From IMG/VR virus record IMGVR_UViG_3300018059_000546: a DNA stretch of 64,000 bases. The stretch is one strand, 5' to 3'. Shown piece by piece: positions 48,740 to 58,060 of this stretch. The DNA is from a virus. Each line of letters begins with the position of its first letter. Positions within the stretch are counted from its first letter, which is position 1. The translations under genes and the position numbers were made by a program. The notes under the pieces are model-generated. The model did no database searches. It was not told the origin of the DNA and saw only the letters and a list, made by a program, of their open reading frames with translations.

Positions 48740-49735
48740 TTACCCTTCATTAGAACTACCGCTCGGATCCTCGTCGATATTCCATCGAGCCGCGAGGTAC
48801 GAGATTGTCGCAAACACATCATCGATGTGCAGATCTTTGATTCCATCATCGATGACCGTCTGAAGAAACTTCAATTTGTCAGAGTATGGTGTGAAATTAT
48901 CCACGGAATGATGGATCTTTGTAACTTGGTCCGCCGTCAAAATGCTCGAATCGAGGTACACCAACTTCCAATTCCTACGAATGAGGTCCTCGTGCTCTAC
49001 GATCTTTGCGTAGAACGGAGTTTCTTCCCTCCGGCTTTGACAGTAGGATATCACCTCGTCTAGACGAATTTCGGTATCTAGAGCAAACAATGGAATTCTC
49101 TTGGCTAGCGTTTTGTATCCAACGCCAGGGACTCCGTCGATGTTGTCGGATCCATCGCCGCAGATAGCTTTCGCCAGAGCAAAATTCTTAGCAGAAACAT
49201 GGAATTCCTTCTTGACATCTTCTCTAAGAACAAAATTCTTTCGAGCAGCATTGTAGATGATCGTCCCATCGACGTCCATCAGTTGGTAGAAGTCTCGATC
49301 CGTTGAAAGAACCGTCTTGTCGTCATCTTTGAATTTGTGTCGACAAAGGTACGAAATGACATCGTCAGCTTCGCAGTCTGTAACGTACACTTGACAAATA
49401 GGCATGCACGTTAGAAGTTTGATGAGGGTTTTTGTTTGATGAAGACGATTTTCGTCCGTGTCTGGAATGTCGTCTTCGTAGAATCGATTGAGCTTTTCGG
49501 GCTTACGATTCATCTTGTATTCGGAGAAGATGCTTCTCCGTCGGGCAGAACCTCCACTTTCCCACACGACCACGACTGCATCGGGTCTAAAGTCGTTGAT
49601 CAAATTTTTCAAGCCTCGGATGAACCCTACGACCCCTCCGATTTGATATCCATGTGCAGACATTGAAGGATTTGCTTGATAGTGACGAACGAATAAATTC
49701 ATTCCGTCGCAAATTATGACTCGTTTTTTAGACAT
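48740..49735 (-). CDS. 5'-3' exonuclease / flap endonuclease (T4 RNase H-like)
   Basis: DGMN, YK.NR, EADD, STDRDF, GDGSDNIDGVPGVG.KT. Confidence 0.93.
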   Translation of the reverse strand: MSKKRVIICDGMNLFVRHYQANPSMSAHGYQIGGVVGFIRGLKNLINDFRPDAVVVVWESGGSARRRSIFSEYKMNRKPEKLNRFYEDDIPDTDENRLHQTKTLIKLLTCMPICQVYVTDCEADDVISYLCRHKFKDDDKTVLSTDRDFYQLMDVDGTIIYNAARKNFVLREDVKKEFHVSAKNFALAKAICGDGSDNIDGVPGVGYKTLAKRIPLFALDTEIRLDEVISYCQSRREETPFYAKIVEHEDLIRRNWKLVYLDSSILTADQVTKIHHSVDNFTPYSDKLKFLQTVIDDGIKDLHIDDVFATISYLAARWNIDEDPSGSSNEG

Positions 49736-49762
49736 CGAACTCCTGATTTTGGAACGAGTTTT

Positions 49763-50500
49763 CTATGATTTGGGAAAATCATTGATTGCCCGCCCTTCAA
49801 AATTCTTTTGCCAGAGAATTTTGACTGTGTACCCTTTCTCAAGAGCAATTGAGTGTCTTTCTAAATCACGTTGCCAAATTTGGTACGCAAACTTCTTTCG
49901 ATATTCGTCCCAAAAATGCCATTGATATATGTCGGGGTTGCAATGCCAGTAATCTCCGTTGATCTCTACGATCAAATTTTGTGACGGGATGAAAACATCA
50001 AAGATGATTCTTCTTTTCTTGCTATCTTTCTCGTAAAAAACTCTATATGAATGAACGGCATCGGGAAATCGTTCAAGTAAAAAATGAAAAATGTACTGTT
50101 CTGTTTGGCTTCTTTTGGGACCAACAACCAATTGGCCATTTCGAATTTTTCTTCGTCTTTCAAGTTCTTCATCTCTACCGATGAAATCGTACCCTTGTTG
50201 TTGAAGTCTTCGACGACTAGCTCGACTCATATTTGCTCGGGCTTCACCAGAAGGAGATTTTCCTTTACCACGAGAGTGACCCAAATTTGCTTTTAGAGCT
50301 CCAGCTTGAAATCGAACCTGCCCACTTCTATGGGCAATTTCTGCATAGAGATTTTTCCCTAGTAGAGAAATTAGAGTTCGTTTTATGATTGCCGGTCCAA
50401 AATCATGATCAGAACACAGTTCTGGAATCACAACACCTGATTGAAAGCGTTCTAACAGGTTCAATGCAAGATCGTTCGGAATAATCTTTTTAGCGATCAT
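49763..50500 (-). mobile_element. homing endonuclease, Vsr/DUF559-like
   Basis: SQTE..FDVFI..VEINGDYWHCNP..RD..KGY.V..LW; AT-rich. Confidence 0.8.
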
Positions 50501-50741
50501 TTCCCAAACCTAGTCGAATTTTAGTTTCGATCCAGTCTCCGTCGAGATCGTTCTGAAACGGAGATGCGTCGAATGGGTTTCCATCTTTCGAACGAACTCG
50601 GACATGTTTTTTATTCAGAGGAGAGGTAACGGCAACCTCAAAAACAAAATCGGGGTGCTCTGCACCATAGTCGTTTACAATCACATCAAATTCTTGATCT
50701 GACAAATCCCGTCGTAGTACATACTCTTTTTGAATTTTCAT
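50490..50741 (-). CDS. hypothetical protein
   Basis: Coupled. Confidence 0.55.
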   Translation of the reverse strand: MKIQKEYVLRRDLSDQEFDVIVNDYGAEHPDFVFEVAVTSPLNKKHVRVRSKDGNPFDASPFQNDLDGDWIETKIRLGLGNDR

Positions 50742-51181
50742 TTTCCCGTCGATCCGAATCCTGAATCACCCCGGTCAGTCTGTTTCAGTTCTCCAATGCA
50801 AATTTCCGGTTGCGCGGTCATGTAAAAGACCATCTGTGCGATACGATCGCCGGCTTTGATGAAATAATCGAGATCCGATCTTGTATTACGAAGCATGACA
50901 ACGAGTTCTCCACGATACCCTGGATCAACGATCCCACCCACAGGATGAATGCCCTTCGCTGCGAGGCCAGAACGACCCTCGATCTTCGGAAAAATGGCCA
51001 TTGCTGACGTAGTGCTCGCTTCGCTGAGAGGGTCGAATCCTCCGTAAGCAATTCCCGTACGAACTTTTGTGACTGTACCTTCGGCAAGGTTGCAATCTTC
51101 TAATGCGTAAAGGTCGTATCCTACGTCAGTCTCGTGGGCCTTGGTGGGAAGCTTTGCTTTCTCACTTAGTAACTTGAACAT
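50738..51181 (-). CDS. dut: trimeric dUTPase
   Basis: GYDL, GRSG, GIVDPGYRGE, GDRIAQ, RGDSGFGSTG. Confidence 0.95.
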   Translation of the reverse strand: MFKLLSEKAKLPTKAHETDVGYDLYALEDCNLAEGTVTKVRTGIAYGGFDPLSEASTTSAMAIFPKIEGRSGLAAKGIHPVGGIVDPGYRGELVVMLRNTRSDLDYFIKAGDRIAQMVFYMTAQPEICIGELKQTDRGDSGFGSTGK

Positions 51182-52127
51182 CGCTCGCATTTTGACTCTC
51201 CAACGCTGCTTTCTTGATGTCTCGTTCCGCTTGTGCTGGAGACTTCACCAACGCAATTTCAAGAAGAAGTTCAAGTTTTTCCTTGTACTTTTCGTCTGTC
51301 CAGAGTTCGTTGAACTTCTCTTTGTAGAACTTCTTTTCATGAGAGAACTTCTCGTCTTCGTGATCCTTCAATGACGTTGCAGTCGTGAAGCTCTTCCATG
51401 CTCCCTTGCCCGAGATTGCCACGAACTCACCGTTAATTTCCTGTGGACCATGAGCGTCGCAATATTCTCTCAGAACGTCGAACATCTCCTCATGGTCTTT
51501 GAGACCAACTCCGAAAATGATTTGAAAACTTGCACGTCTAAAAGGTGCGGCAACTTTGTTTTTGATGAGTTTTGCTTCGACGTTGATGCCGATGAGCTCC
51601 CCGTTCTTTTCAATCTTGCTGCCGCCGATCAGTTGGATCCGAGTCGAAGCATGGAAGGGAATCGCCATACCTCCGGAGGTCGTCGTTGGGTCGCCGTAGA
51701 TTGTATTGTGAGAAAGTATACCATTTGAAAAATAATTGTGATTTTTTTCTACTTCGATATCTAGCACATCCATCATCTCATCGACGAGATGAATGCTCGC
51801 AGCGGTCCATTCTTTTCCGTCGAAGACTTCGAAATTCTTTACATCTAAAAGTGCAGTTGCTTCTACCCAATGCGGTTTTGAACTTTCTATTTTTACATAG
51901 AACGAATGCAACGGAGACACTTTTACTTCAGATTGGGTCGCATTCAAAACGTACTGTTTCGTTGCAGGTTTACGAACTATCTTCAATACGTTCGCGTAAC
52001 AAATTTGTTTTGTTTCAAAATCGAACGATTTTATTTTGAATTTCAGATGTGAAACATCTTTCGGATCGTCATACAACATTTTCGTATAATCGACGTCACA
52101 AAGTTTAAAAAATTCACTAATCTTCAT
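51162..52127 (-). CDS. recA: split-intein C-fragment (141 aa) fused to RecA C-terminal half
   Basis: Block B SPLH; ends DIEVEKNHNYFSNGILSHN|TIYGDPTTTSGG..FHASTRI..KNKVAAPFR. Confidence 0.93.
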   Translation of the reverse strand: MKISEFFKLCDVDYTKMLYDDPKDVSHLKFKIKSFDFETKQICYANVLKIVRKPATKQYVLNATQSEVKVSPLHSFYVKIESSKPHWVEATALLDVKNFEVFDGKEWTAASIHLVDEMMDVLDIEVEKNHNYFSNGILSHNTIYGDPTTTSGGMAIPFHASTRIQLIGGSKIEKNGELIGINVEAKLIKNKVAAPFRRASFQIIFGVGLKDHEEMFDVLREYCDAHGPQEINGEFVAISGKGAWKSFTTATSLKDHEDEKFSHEKKFYKEKFNELWTDEKYKEKLELLLEIALVKSPAQAERDIKKAALESQNASDVQVTK

Positions 52128-53023
52128 TCAATATTTTCCTTTAGTGCAACACGAATTTTAGCAACTAATGCATCTAATTTTTCGTCTGTCAGCCCGCATT
52201 CCCATACAACGTAACGTCGAAATCCTGTTTTTTTAGCTAATTCTCTTTTGGCAAAATCTCGACGCATCATTTTTTTCTGTGTATCATTTATGGGTCCACT
52301 TTTATAAACGTCGGGATTGCAGTGCCAATAATCTCCGTGAACTTCTATCAAAATATTTGTCCCAACAATGTGAACGTCAAAATAGAAAGGTTTCAAAAAA
52401 AACTCTACTTCAAAATCGATATTTTCTCTTCGAAGCCTATCATGCAAAAAACGTTCAGGCTTTGTAGGCGTGCAGAACTTGTATGCATCTGGATTTCGTG
52501 TATTGACAGGAAGCCCTAGTTTGGTTATTAGCGATGCTATAGCTTTTTTCCCATGTCCGACTACACGAGAAATTTCCACAAAGTAAACATGTTGTTTTGC
52601 TAGTTCGATTATCTTACGAATATCATCTGGTTCGAATAAAGAATTGCAATACGGTATCTGCGGTATTTTGCATTTTTCGACGAACAGTTGATTATAGTGG
52701 CGTGATGAAAGTCCAACTTCTTTTCTAATCACGATTGGATTTACACAGCGTAGTTCCCAAAGTTCATCCAATCGATTTAGCTGTTTAGCTGTCAATGCTT
52801 TTCTTTTTGCTGTTTTAGCCTTTGATATTGCCTCGCGTCGTGAAAGTGGAAATACTTTTCCCGTATTGGATTTCGCAATCTTGGCGCATCTGCTAGGTGA
52901 ATGTTTTTTTCCTCGGCGAGATGCACCGTAACATTGTTTACTACAAAATTGTGCCGGCATCGTAACGACCAATACTCCGCAATTTTTACAAGCTATTTGT
53001 AGACGTGTTCGAAGACGACCCAT
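52124..53023 (-). mobile_element. free-standing Vsr/DUF559-like endonuclease between the split recA halves
   Basis: CKNC..FCSKQC, NUMOD3-like repeats, TKPE..FDV..IEVHGDYWHCNP; AT-rich. Confidence 0.85.
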
Positions 53024-53025
53024 TC

Positions 53026-53724
53026 TCAATCTCTGATTATATCTATTTCTGTATCAGGATGTACACACCCGATTTTGTATCGAATCTGGTTCAGGAGGAT
53101 GAAGAGCACGTTGCTACTTCCGATGAGTTGCGTGATTCGACGCATGCCCTTGCTGATCGCACGGGCAGCCTGACCGATTCCGTCCTTGTCGACTTCTGCC
53201 ATGATCTCCGCCTTCGGTGGAGTCGCGGCGACAGAGTCCCAGATGATCGTGACCGGAACGTCCTTATTCGCTTCCTTGACACGGGCGATCGTGCTTTCTA
53301 CGACCTTGAACACGTCTTCGATGCAAGAAGGTTCAGCATAGACGAAGTTCTTACCAACGTCGATACCCAGATCCGAGAGAGTTTCAGGATTGACAGCGTT
53401 TTCCGTGTCGCAGTAAATGACAACTCCGCCCATTCTCTGGGTAGAAATAGCTGCTTGAGTCGCCATGTGCGACTTACCGATCGAAGGAGGTCCAAAGATC
53501 TCAACGATCCTACCTTCGGCGTATCCCCCATTTCGACGATTGCTGATGGCGTAGTCGAGAAGTCGAGAACCCGAAGAGATCCACCTCTTCACGTGGGTGG
53601 GAGAGATATCTGTACCAAGATTCCAAGCGATTCTCGACTGGTGCTCTCTATTCAGAGCGTCGATCAGGTCCTGCGAAAAATCATCATTCGCGTTGTTTTT
53701 TGGTGCATCGCTCTTCTTAGCCAT
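53026..53724 (-). CDS. recA: RecA N-terminal half fused to a 13-aa split-intein N-fragment
   Basis: GPPSIGKS, DTENA, WDSVAA, NQIRYKIG|CVHPDTEIDIIRD-stop. Confidence 0.93.
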   Translation of the reverse strand: MAKKSDAPKNNANDDFSQDLIDALNREHQSRIAWNLGTDISPTHVKRWISSGSRLLDYAISNRRNGGYAEGRIVEIFGPPSIGKSHMATQAAISTQRMGGVVIYCDTENAVNPETLSDLGIDVGKNFVYAEPSCIEDVFKVVESTIARVKEANKDVPVTIIWDSVAATPPKAEIMAEVDKDGIGQAARAISKGMRRITQLIGSSNVLFILLNQIRYKIGCVHPDTEIDIIRD

Positions 53725-53774
53725 TTTTCCTCTTTCGGTCCCCGGATCTTAACCCAGATTCGTCTAGTTGTCCT

Positions 53775-54542
53775 TTAAAATTGGGTCAAAATCTCGTATC
53801 CTGTTGCAGTAACAAGTATGGTATGTTCCCATTGAGCTGACAAAGATCCGTCGACAGTTCTAACTGTCCATTCGTCCGAATCGATTTGTATTTCAGAACT
53901 GCCCACGCATACCATGGGTTCTATTGTAAAAGTCATACCCGGCTGCAATCTCATTCCGGTCCCACGAGTTCCGTGATGGAATACTTGCGGCGGTGTATGG
54001 AATTTTCTTCCGATACCGTGCCCTACGAACTCTCGAACGACGCTGAAACCTTCGCGTTCGACGAACTCTTGGATCGTGGCACCGATATCTCCCAACCTTG
54101 CACCGGGTTTGACCTGCTCAATGCCCATTTGGAGGGCGCGCTCGGCCACCTCGGTGACACGCTGTGCGTCTTTCCCAACCTTGCCGATTAGGAATGTGGC
54201 AGACGTATCTCCGTGAAACTGGTCGTAAATAGATGTCACGTCAACATTGACAAGATCTCCAGATTTCAGCTTGACTTTTCCGGGAATTCCGTGGCACACG
54301 ACGTGATTAATCGACGTGCAACAACTCTTGGGAAATGGCGGAAGAGTTCCGCCCGCTCCCCTGTATCCCAAAGGAGCAGGAATCGCACTTCGACTTAGAG
54401 TGAAGTCGTGAACGAGTGTGTTGATATCGTCCGTCGTCATACCTTCACAGATCGTGCGGCGAACGAGCGAAAGGGTCTCGGCCGCTAAACGACCGGAGAC
54501 CCTCATCGCATCGATTTCTTTCTGAGACTTGATTTCTATCAC
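53775..54542 (-). CDS. map: methionine aminopeptidase type I
   Basis: CTSIN.VVCHGIP, NVDV, HGDTS, GHGIG..FH, TIEPM, AQWEHT. Confidence 0.96.
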   Translation of the reverse strand: MIEIKSQKEIDAMRVSGRLAAETLSLVRRTICEGMTTDDINTLVHDFTLSRSAIPAPLGYRGAGGTLPPFPKSCCTSINHVVCHGIPGKVKLKSGDLVNVDVTSIYDQFHGDTSATFLIGKVGKDAQRVTEVAERALQMGIEQVKPGARLGDIGATIQEFVEREGFSVVREFVGHGIGRKFHTPPQVFHHGTRGTGMRLQPGMTFTIEPMVCVGSSEIQIDSDEWTVRTVDGSLSAQWEHTILVTATGYEILTQF

Positions 54543-54791
54543 TCAAAGACTCTTCATGAAGTCGCCATTCAAAACGCACGACACTGTAAAAAGTTTTTGC
54601 CCAGCACCAAAGAAGACCAAAATGTTTCCGAATTTTGAATCATCCCAGCCCGGCGGGCCTCCGAGATCTGAAAAGAAATTCCCAGGATTTTCGATCTCGC
54701 CTGCTAGGACTGCTACGGCTCCCCGTGGGAGTTCTTTCATGTGGCCACAAGTGGCTAAAAACCACCACGATTGTTGCAACAGGAAAATCAA
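54543..54791 (-). CDS. hypothetical protein
   Basis: TTGA-coupled. Confidence 0.45.
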   Translation of the reverse strand: MIFLLQQSWWFLATCGHMKELPRGAVAVLAGEIENPGNFFSDLGGPPGWDDSKFGNILVFFGAGQKLFTVSCVLNGDFMKSL

Positions 54792-55126
54792 GACAACGCC
54801 AACTTCAAATGAAGCAAGAACTCTCTTGATGCTGAATCTGTTGCGAAAGCCGTAAGACTATCATCTAGATCGGGTTCTCGAAACATCGAAACTCTCATTC
54901 CTTTTCTCGTGAGCCTATCGATCATCTTGAGAAGAGCCACTTCGTTATCGACCTTCAAGAAGGCGATGTGGTTAGAGGCTTCGAACCAATCCTGTTCCAC
55001 CTTGGGGAATTCAGAGATGAACTGCCTCATGGCGTGCATGCCCTGGACCGCTTGGGGACCTGGAGCGAGATCGCTTCGAACGACAACGAAGAACTTGTCT
55101 CCGTGCTTTACTGTTGGCTGATCCAT
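54788..55126 (-). CDS. peptidyl-tRNA hydrolase, Pth2-like
   Basis: VVVRSDL.PG.QAVQ.MHA, FREPDL..SLTA, L.HLKLA. Confidence 0.8.
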   Translation of the reverse strand: MDQPTVKHGDKFFVVVRSDLAPGPQAVQGMHAMRQFISEFPKVEQDWFEASNHIAFLKVDNEVALLKMIDRLTRKGMRVSMFREPDLDDSLTAFATDSASREFLLHLKLALS

Positions 55127-55467
55127 TCGATCAGCACCTCCTCGCTGTGGTACTTCTCCTGCCAAGGACTGACATAGTGCTTTACAAGCCTGGTCAGTTC
55201 TGCAGCAGAAACCTTCTTTTGTACCGACGTCGATTTCTCGATCGTCTTGTAATTCATCCCTTTGAGGTAAGCCCTTACGAGGTTGAGGTAGCGCACCTCA
55301 GACTTCATCTCGAGCAGTTGCATCGCAACTTTCTCTCGCAGGGTTTCTACCTTGCGCAGGCTCTTCCGTTTCCTAATCTCCTCAGAGAGAGATCTCACAT
55401 GAGCCCTAAACGAGATCTTGCGAGCAACGGAAACCGTGTAATACATCTTATTCTTATCGTTCATCAT
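55108..55467 (-). CDS. basic hypothetical protein upstream of Pth2
   Basis: GGAGG SD; RYLNLVRAYLKGMNYKTIE motif. Confidence 0.65.
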   Translation of the reverse strand: MMNDKNKMYYTVSVARKISFRAHVRSLSEEIRKRKSLRKVETLREKVAMQLLEMKSEVRYLNLVRAYLKGMNYKTIEKSTSVQKKVSAAELTRLVKHYVSPWQEKYHSEEVLIEWISQQ

Positions 55468-55572
55468 AGCATCCTCCATCAATCGTTTAGCATCTTCAAA
55501 ATTGTTTTAGAATCTGAAGATGACGGAGGACCTCTGCAGTGCTACCAGAAATTCAACATATCTTTGCTCCTC
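55465..55572 (-). promoter_or_regulatory. putative translational attenuator: minigene MLNFW* with anti-SD helix
   Basis: GAGGAG SD, ATG 55559, TAG 55542-55544; GUCCUCCGUCA can pair with UGAUGGAGGAU, which covers the downstream SD. Confidence 0.6.
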
Positions 55573-55894
55573 GACCCGAAATCGAGACTCCGGTTGCTGA
55601 ACAGTACGACGTCGGCTCCCGGTCCCAAAACCCCCAACGAGTCGTCCCATCAATACGGTCGAGCATTTCTTTACGAAGCTTGTCTCGAGCAGCACGATCG
55701 GTGTCAGTGGGAGTAGCAGTCAGGATCTCCTTCTTTGGTTCTCCTGGCGGCTCGGGCGGAACGATTCCTGTGACGTTGACAAAAACGAGGTTAAGATGTT
55801 GTTTGAGCATCTTCACCTGAGATTCGTTCAGTTCTTTTGGATCTCCCATTTCGAGAAACCCCTGCAACCAGTAGCAAAAATCCTGTGAGTTCAT
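55553..55894 (-). CDS. hypothetical protein (FCYWLQG family, paralog 1)
   Basis: MNSQDFCYWLQGFLE. Confidence 0.7.
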   Translation of the reverse strand: MNSQDFCYWLQGFLEMGDPKELNESQVKMLKQHLNLVFVNVTGIVPPEPPGEPKKEILTATPTDTDRAARDKLRKEMLDRIDGTTRWGFWDREPTSYCSATGVSISGRGAKIC

Positions 55895-56115
55895 TTCGTT
55901 CTTTCGTTGGAAAGTGAGCACGTGAGGATGCCCAGACCTTTTGCGAACGGTGAACTAGATCTGAACCCGATCGCACCCTCAGTAGGTTTAGAATCTTTCT
56001 TGAGAGCGACTTCGAGCTTGCTCTGAATGATTCCTGCTTCGCGAGCAGAAATTCCATCGCTCCCCGCGATATCAAAATAGCCCTGAAGCCAGTAGCAGAA
56101 TTCGTTCGGAGTCAT
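55891..56115 (-). CDS. hypothetical protein (FCYWLQG family, paralog 2)
   Basis: MTPNEFCYWLQGYFD. Confidence 0.7.
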   Translation of the reverse strand: MTPNEFCYWLQGYFDIAGSDGISAREAGIIQSKLEVALKKDSKPTEGAIGFRSSSPFAKGLGILTCSLSNERTK

Positions 56116-56351
56116 AATTCCCTTGAGAGATTGTACTGCAATTCTCTGATCTTATCCATCTGAATCTGTCCTTCAGGGCAGTACTTTCCTTCGGTGTCTT
56201 TTTCTATAATCTCGATGATGCTTTTAACGAAACTAATGTGGAACTTCTTCCTTTGGGCTTCGTCGAACTTTCGACCCAAGAACTTCTCAGCTTCGGGAAA
56301 TTGGTCCTTCAATGCATGTTCGAATGGATTTGAAACGCATACCCAGCACAT
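56112..56351 (-). CDS. hypothetical protein
   Basis: AGGAG SD; coupled. Confidence 0.6.
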   Translation of the reverse strand: MCWVCVSNPFEHALKDQFPEAEKFLGRKFDEAQRKKFHISFVKSIIEIIEKDTEGKYCPEGQIQMDKIRELQYNLSREL

Positions 56352-56360
56352 GTTATACTC

Positions 56361-56576
56361 CTACCACGGATGCTCGTCTTCGGTAGATTCATCGATGACA
56401 TCGTCGCTCTTGAATCGAGTGTACGACAATCCCTCGTTTTTGACGAGCTTGATAACGATGATTCCTCCAAGAGCGAAGGGGCCTTCGTAAATATCCCATC
56501 CGTCAGTAAGAAGTTTCTCAATTTCGGGTTCCTTCGAAAGGAACTGACCCATCTCGGCCATGATTAATTTTTGCAC
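56361..56576 (-). CDS. hypothetical protein
   Basis: LLTDGWDIYEGPF motif. Confidence 0.6.
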   Translation of the reverse strand: MQKLIMAEMGQFLSKEPEIEKLLTDGWDIYEGPFALGGIIVIKLVKNEGLSYTRFKSDDVIDESTEDEHPW

Positions 56577-56770
56577 TACTTGGCACCATTCATTGCTTCT
56601 GTTTGAGATGCACGAGAGTACTTCCTGAGAAAGACGACAAACAAATCTTCATAAATTTGCTTGTCTACAATGTCCCAATTTCCGTCTTTAAGAGTTTCAT
56701 TCAAGTCAGAAAGCTTCGCTCTCGTCTCAATAACTTCGCAAAACCAAACTTTAGAGTCTACTTTTTCCAT
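56576..56770 (-). CDS. hypothetical protein
   Basis: LKDGNWDIV motif, loosely similar to its neighbour. Confidence 0.5.
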   Translation of the reverse strand: MEKVDSKVWFCEVIETRAKLSDLNETLKDGNWDIVDKQIYEDLFVVFLRKYSRASQTEAMNGAK

Positions 56771-56867
56771 CTTTGTTCTTCTTTCTGAGTACAGTAGCGC
56801 CCTCGGCGGATCCTGCCACCACATTGTCCATTTTAGAGATGGATGCTTTGCTTTTAAGCTACGAGGG

Positions 56868-56898
56868 CAAAAACTAGAGAGCCCCTTTCGGGGCTCCC
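56868..56898 (-). terminator. intrinsic terminator
   Basis: GGGAGCCCC-GAAA-GGGGCTCTC hairpin followed by TAGTTTTT on the minus strand. Confidence 0.8.
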
Positions 56899-56905
56899 TT
56901 ACGTT

Positions 56906-57082
56906 CTAGTGGCAGCACGTTGCGATAGTTTGAAGGAAAAAACCCAAACCAATCAGCAGATAAATCATCGTGTGCGCGTTCTTACAATCGCATCCGCAAT
57001 CAGAAGTCGACTCCTTTTCAGAATTAAGCTCTCCTTGATTTTCAGGATGTTCTCTCGAAGGATGTTCACCGCAAGTAATCAT
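56906..57082 (-). CDS. 58-aa Cys-rich membrane protein (not in ORF track)
   Basis: ATGA overlap with SSB stop; DCGCDC, TM MIYLLIGLGFFLQTIA, ends TCCH. Confidence 0.55.
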   Translation of the reverse strand: MITCGEHPSREHPENQGELNSEKESTSDCGCDCKNAHTMIYLLIGLGFFLQTIATCCH

Positions 57083-57975
57083 TCGCTGCTTCCTCCCATG
57101 TCGAGTTCCTGAAGCATCTTGTCGACTTGATCTTCGATGTCTTCAGCTTTCTTGCTACCGGGCTTGCTGCCGGCCTTCTTAGACTCTTTCATCGCCGCGG
57201 CGATCGCTTCCACCTGGTTTTCAGGTGTCGAAACCGTCGCAGGAACGGAAACGGTCACGGGTACACCACCCTTGATGACAGCATCAGGTCCGCCATTCGT
57301 CAGCCACTCTTCGAAAATCGCCTTGATGTCCTCGAATGATTGCGGACGGTAGAATTCGTCAACGTTGGGGAGATTGTCCAGCCACTTCTTCACTTCTTCG
57401 GGATCTTCCGAAGCGGGAGAGGCAGTGAACGAGGGCATGACCTTCGTATCAAAAACGGTCTTACCATTGAACTTCTTCGGAGACGGAGAGAGGGTGATGT
57501 TAAGGTCACGACCCTTCTCGAGATCCATGAAGTTGCCGACCTGCTTGTTGAGGAACAGACCGAAGACGTCTCTCACGACCATGACGTTCATGGCCCAGAG
57601 CTGGACCTCACCGGGGTTGGCTCGATCAACAATGGCTGCGCAGGTTTGCAGCTTGGGACGGAGCTTATCCGCCAGAGCCTTGCTGGCGACCTTTCCCTCA
57701 CGTGCTTCATCGTACAGCTTACGAATGAAATCGTCGATGGGATCGGGCTTGCCAAAAGAACGAGGAGATACGATCGGACGCTTAGCGATTCCGAAGTAAA
57801 TCTGTCGTTCGACGAAGGGCATGCCTTCCTTCGTATCCGAATCCTTCCAGGGGAGGATTCGAATCGTATGTTCACCCTCGGTCGGCTTCCACAGCTTGAC
57901 ATTCGAAAATGCTTGCTTCTTACCGTTCAGTGCGTCGACCCTCTTGCGGATCGCGTCTAAATCGAACTGTGCCAT
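57079..57975 (-). CDS. single-stranded DNA-binding protein (gp32-like)
   Basis: LWKP..G.HTIRILP, SP.SFG.PDPI, D..KGRDL, acidic tail. Confidence 0.85.
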   Translation of the reverse strand: MAQFDLDAIRKRVDALNGKKQAFSNVKLWKPTEGEHTIRILPWKDSDTKEGMPFVERQIYFGIAKRPIVSPRSFGKPDPIDDFIRKLYDEAREGKVASKALADKLRPKLQTCAAIVDRANPGEVQLWAMNVMVVRDVFGLFLNKQVGNFMDLEKGRDLNITLSPSPKKFNGKTVFDTKVMPSFTASPASEDPEEVKKWLDNLPNVDEFYRPQSFEDIKAIFEEWLTNGGPDAVIKGGVPVTVSVPATVSTPENQVEAIAAAMKESKKAGSKPGSKKAEDIEDQVDKMLQELDMGGSSE

Positions 57976-58060
57976 GTCGTATTTCTCTTTTTCTTTCGTG
58001 TTTCTAGAGGTAAACTACCCTCATTACAATGTAATTCGTAGTAGCTTCGTTTACAGTTTT

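Noticed and set aside
52128-53028. Group I intron explanation for the recA interruption
   Set aside because: The endonuclease ORF fills the gap (2-nt spacing, ATGA overlap), I see no intron core, and intein blocks flank both sides. Only RT-PCR would exclude it formally.
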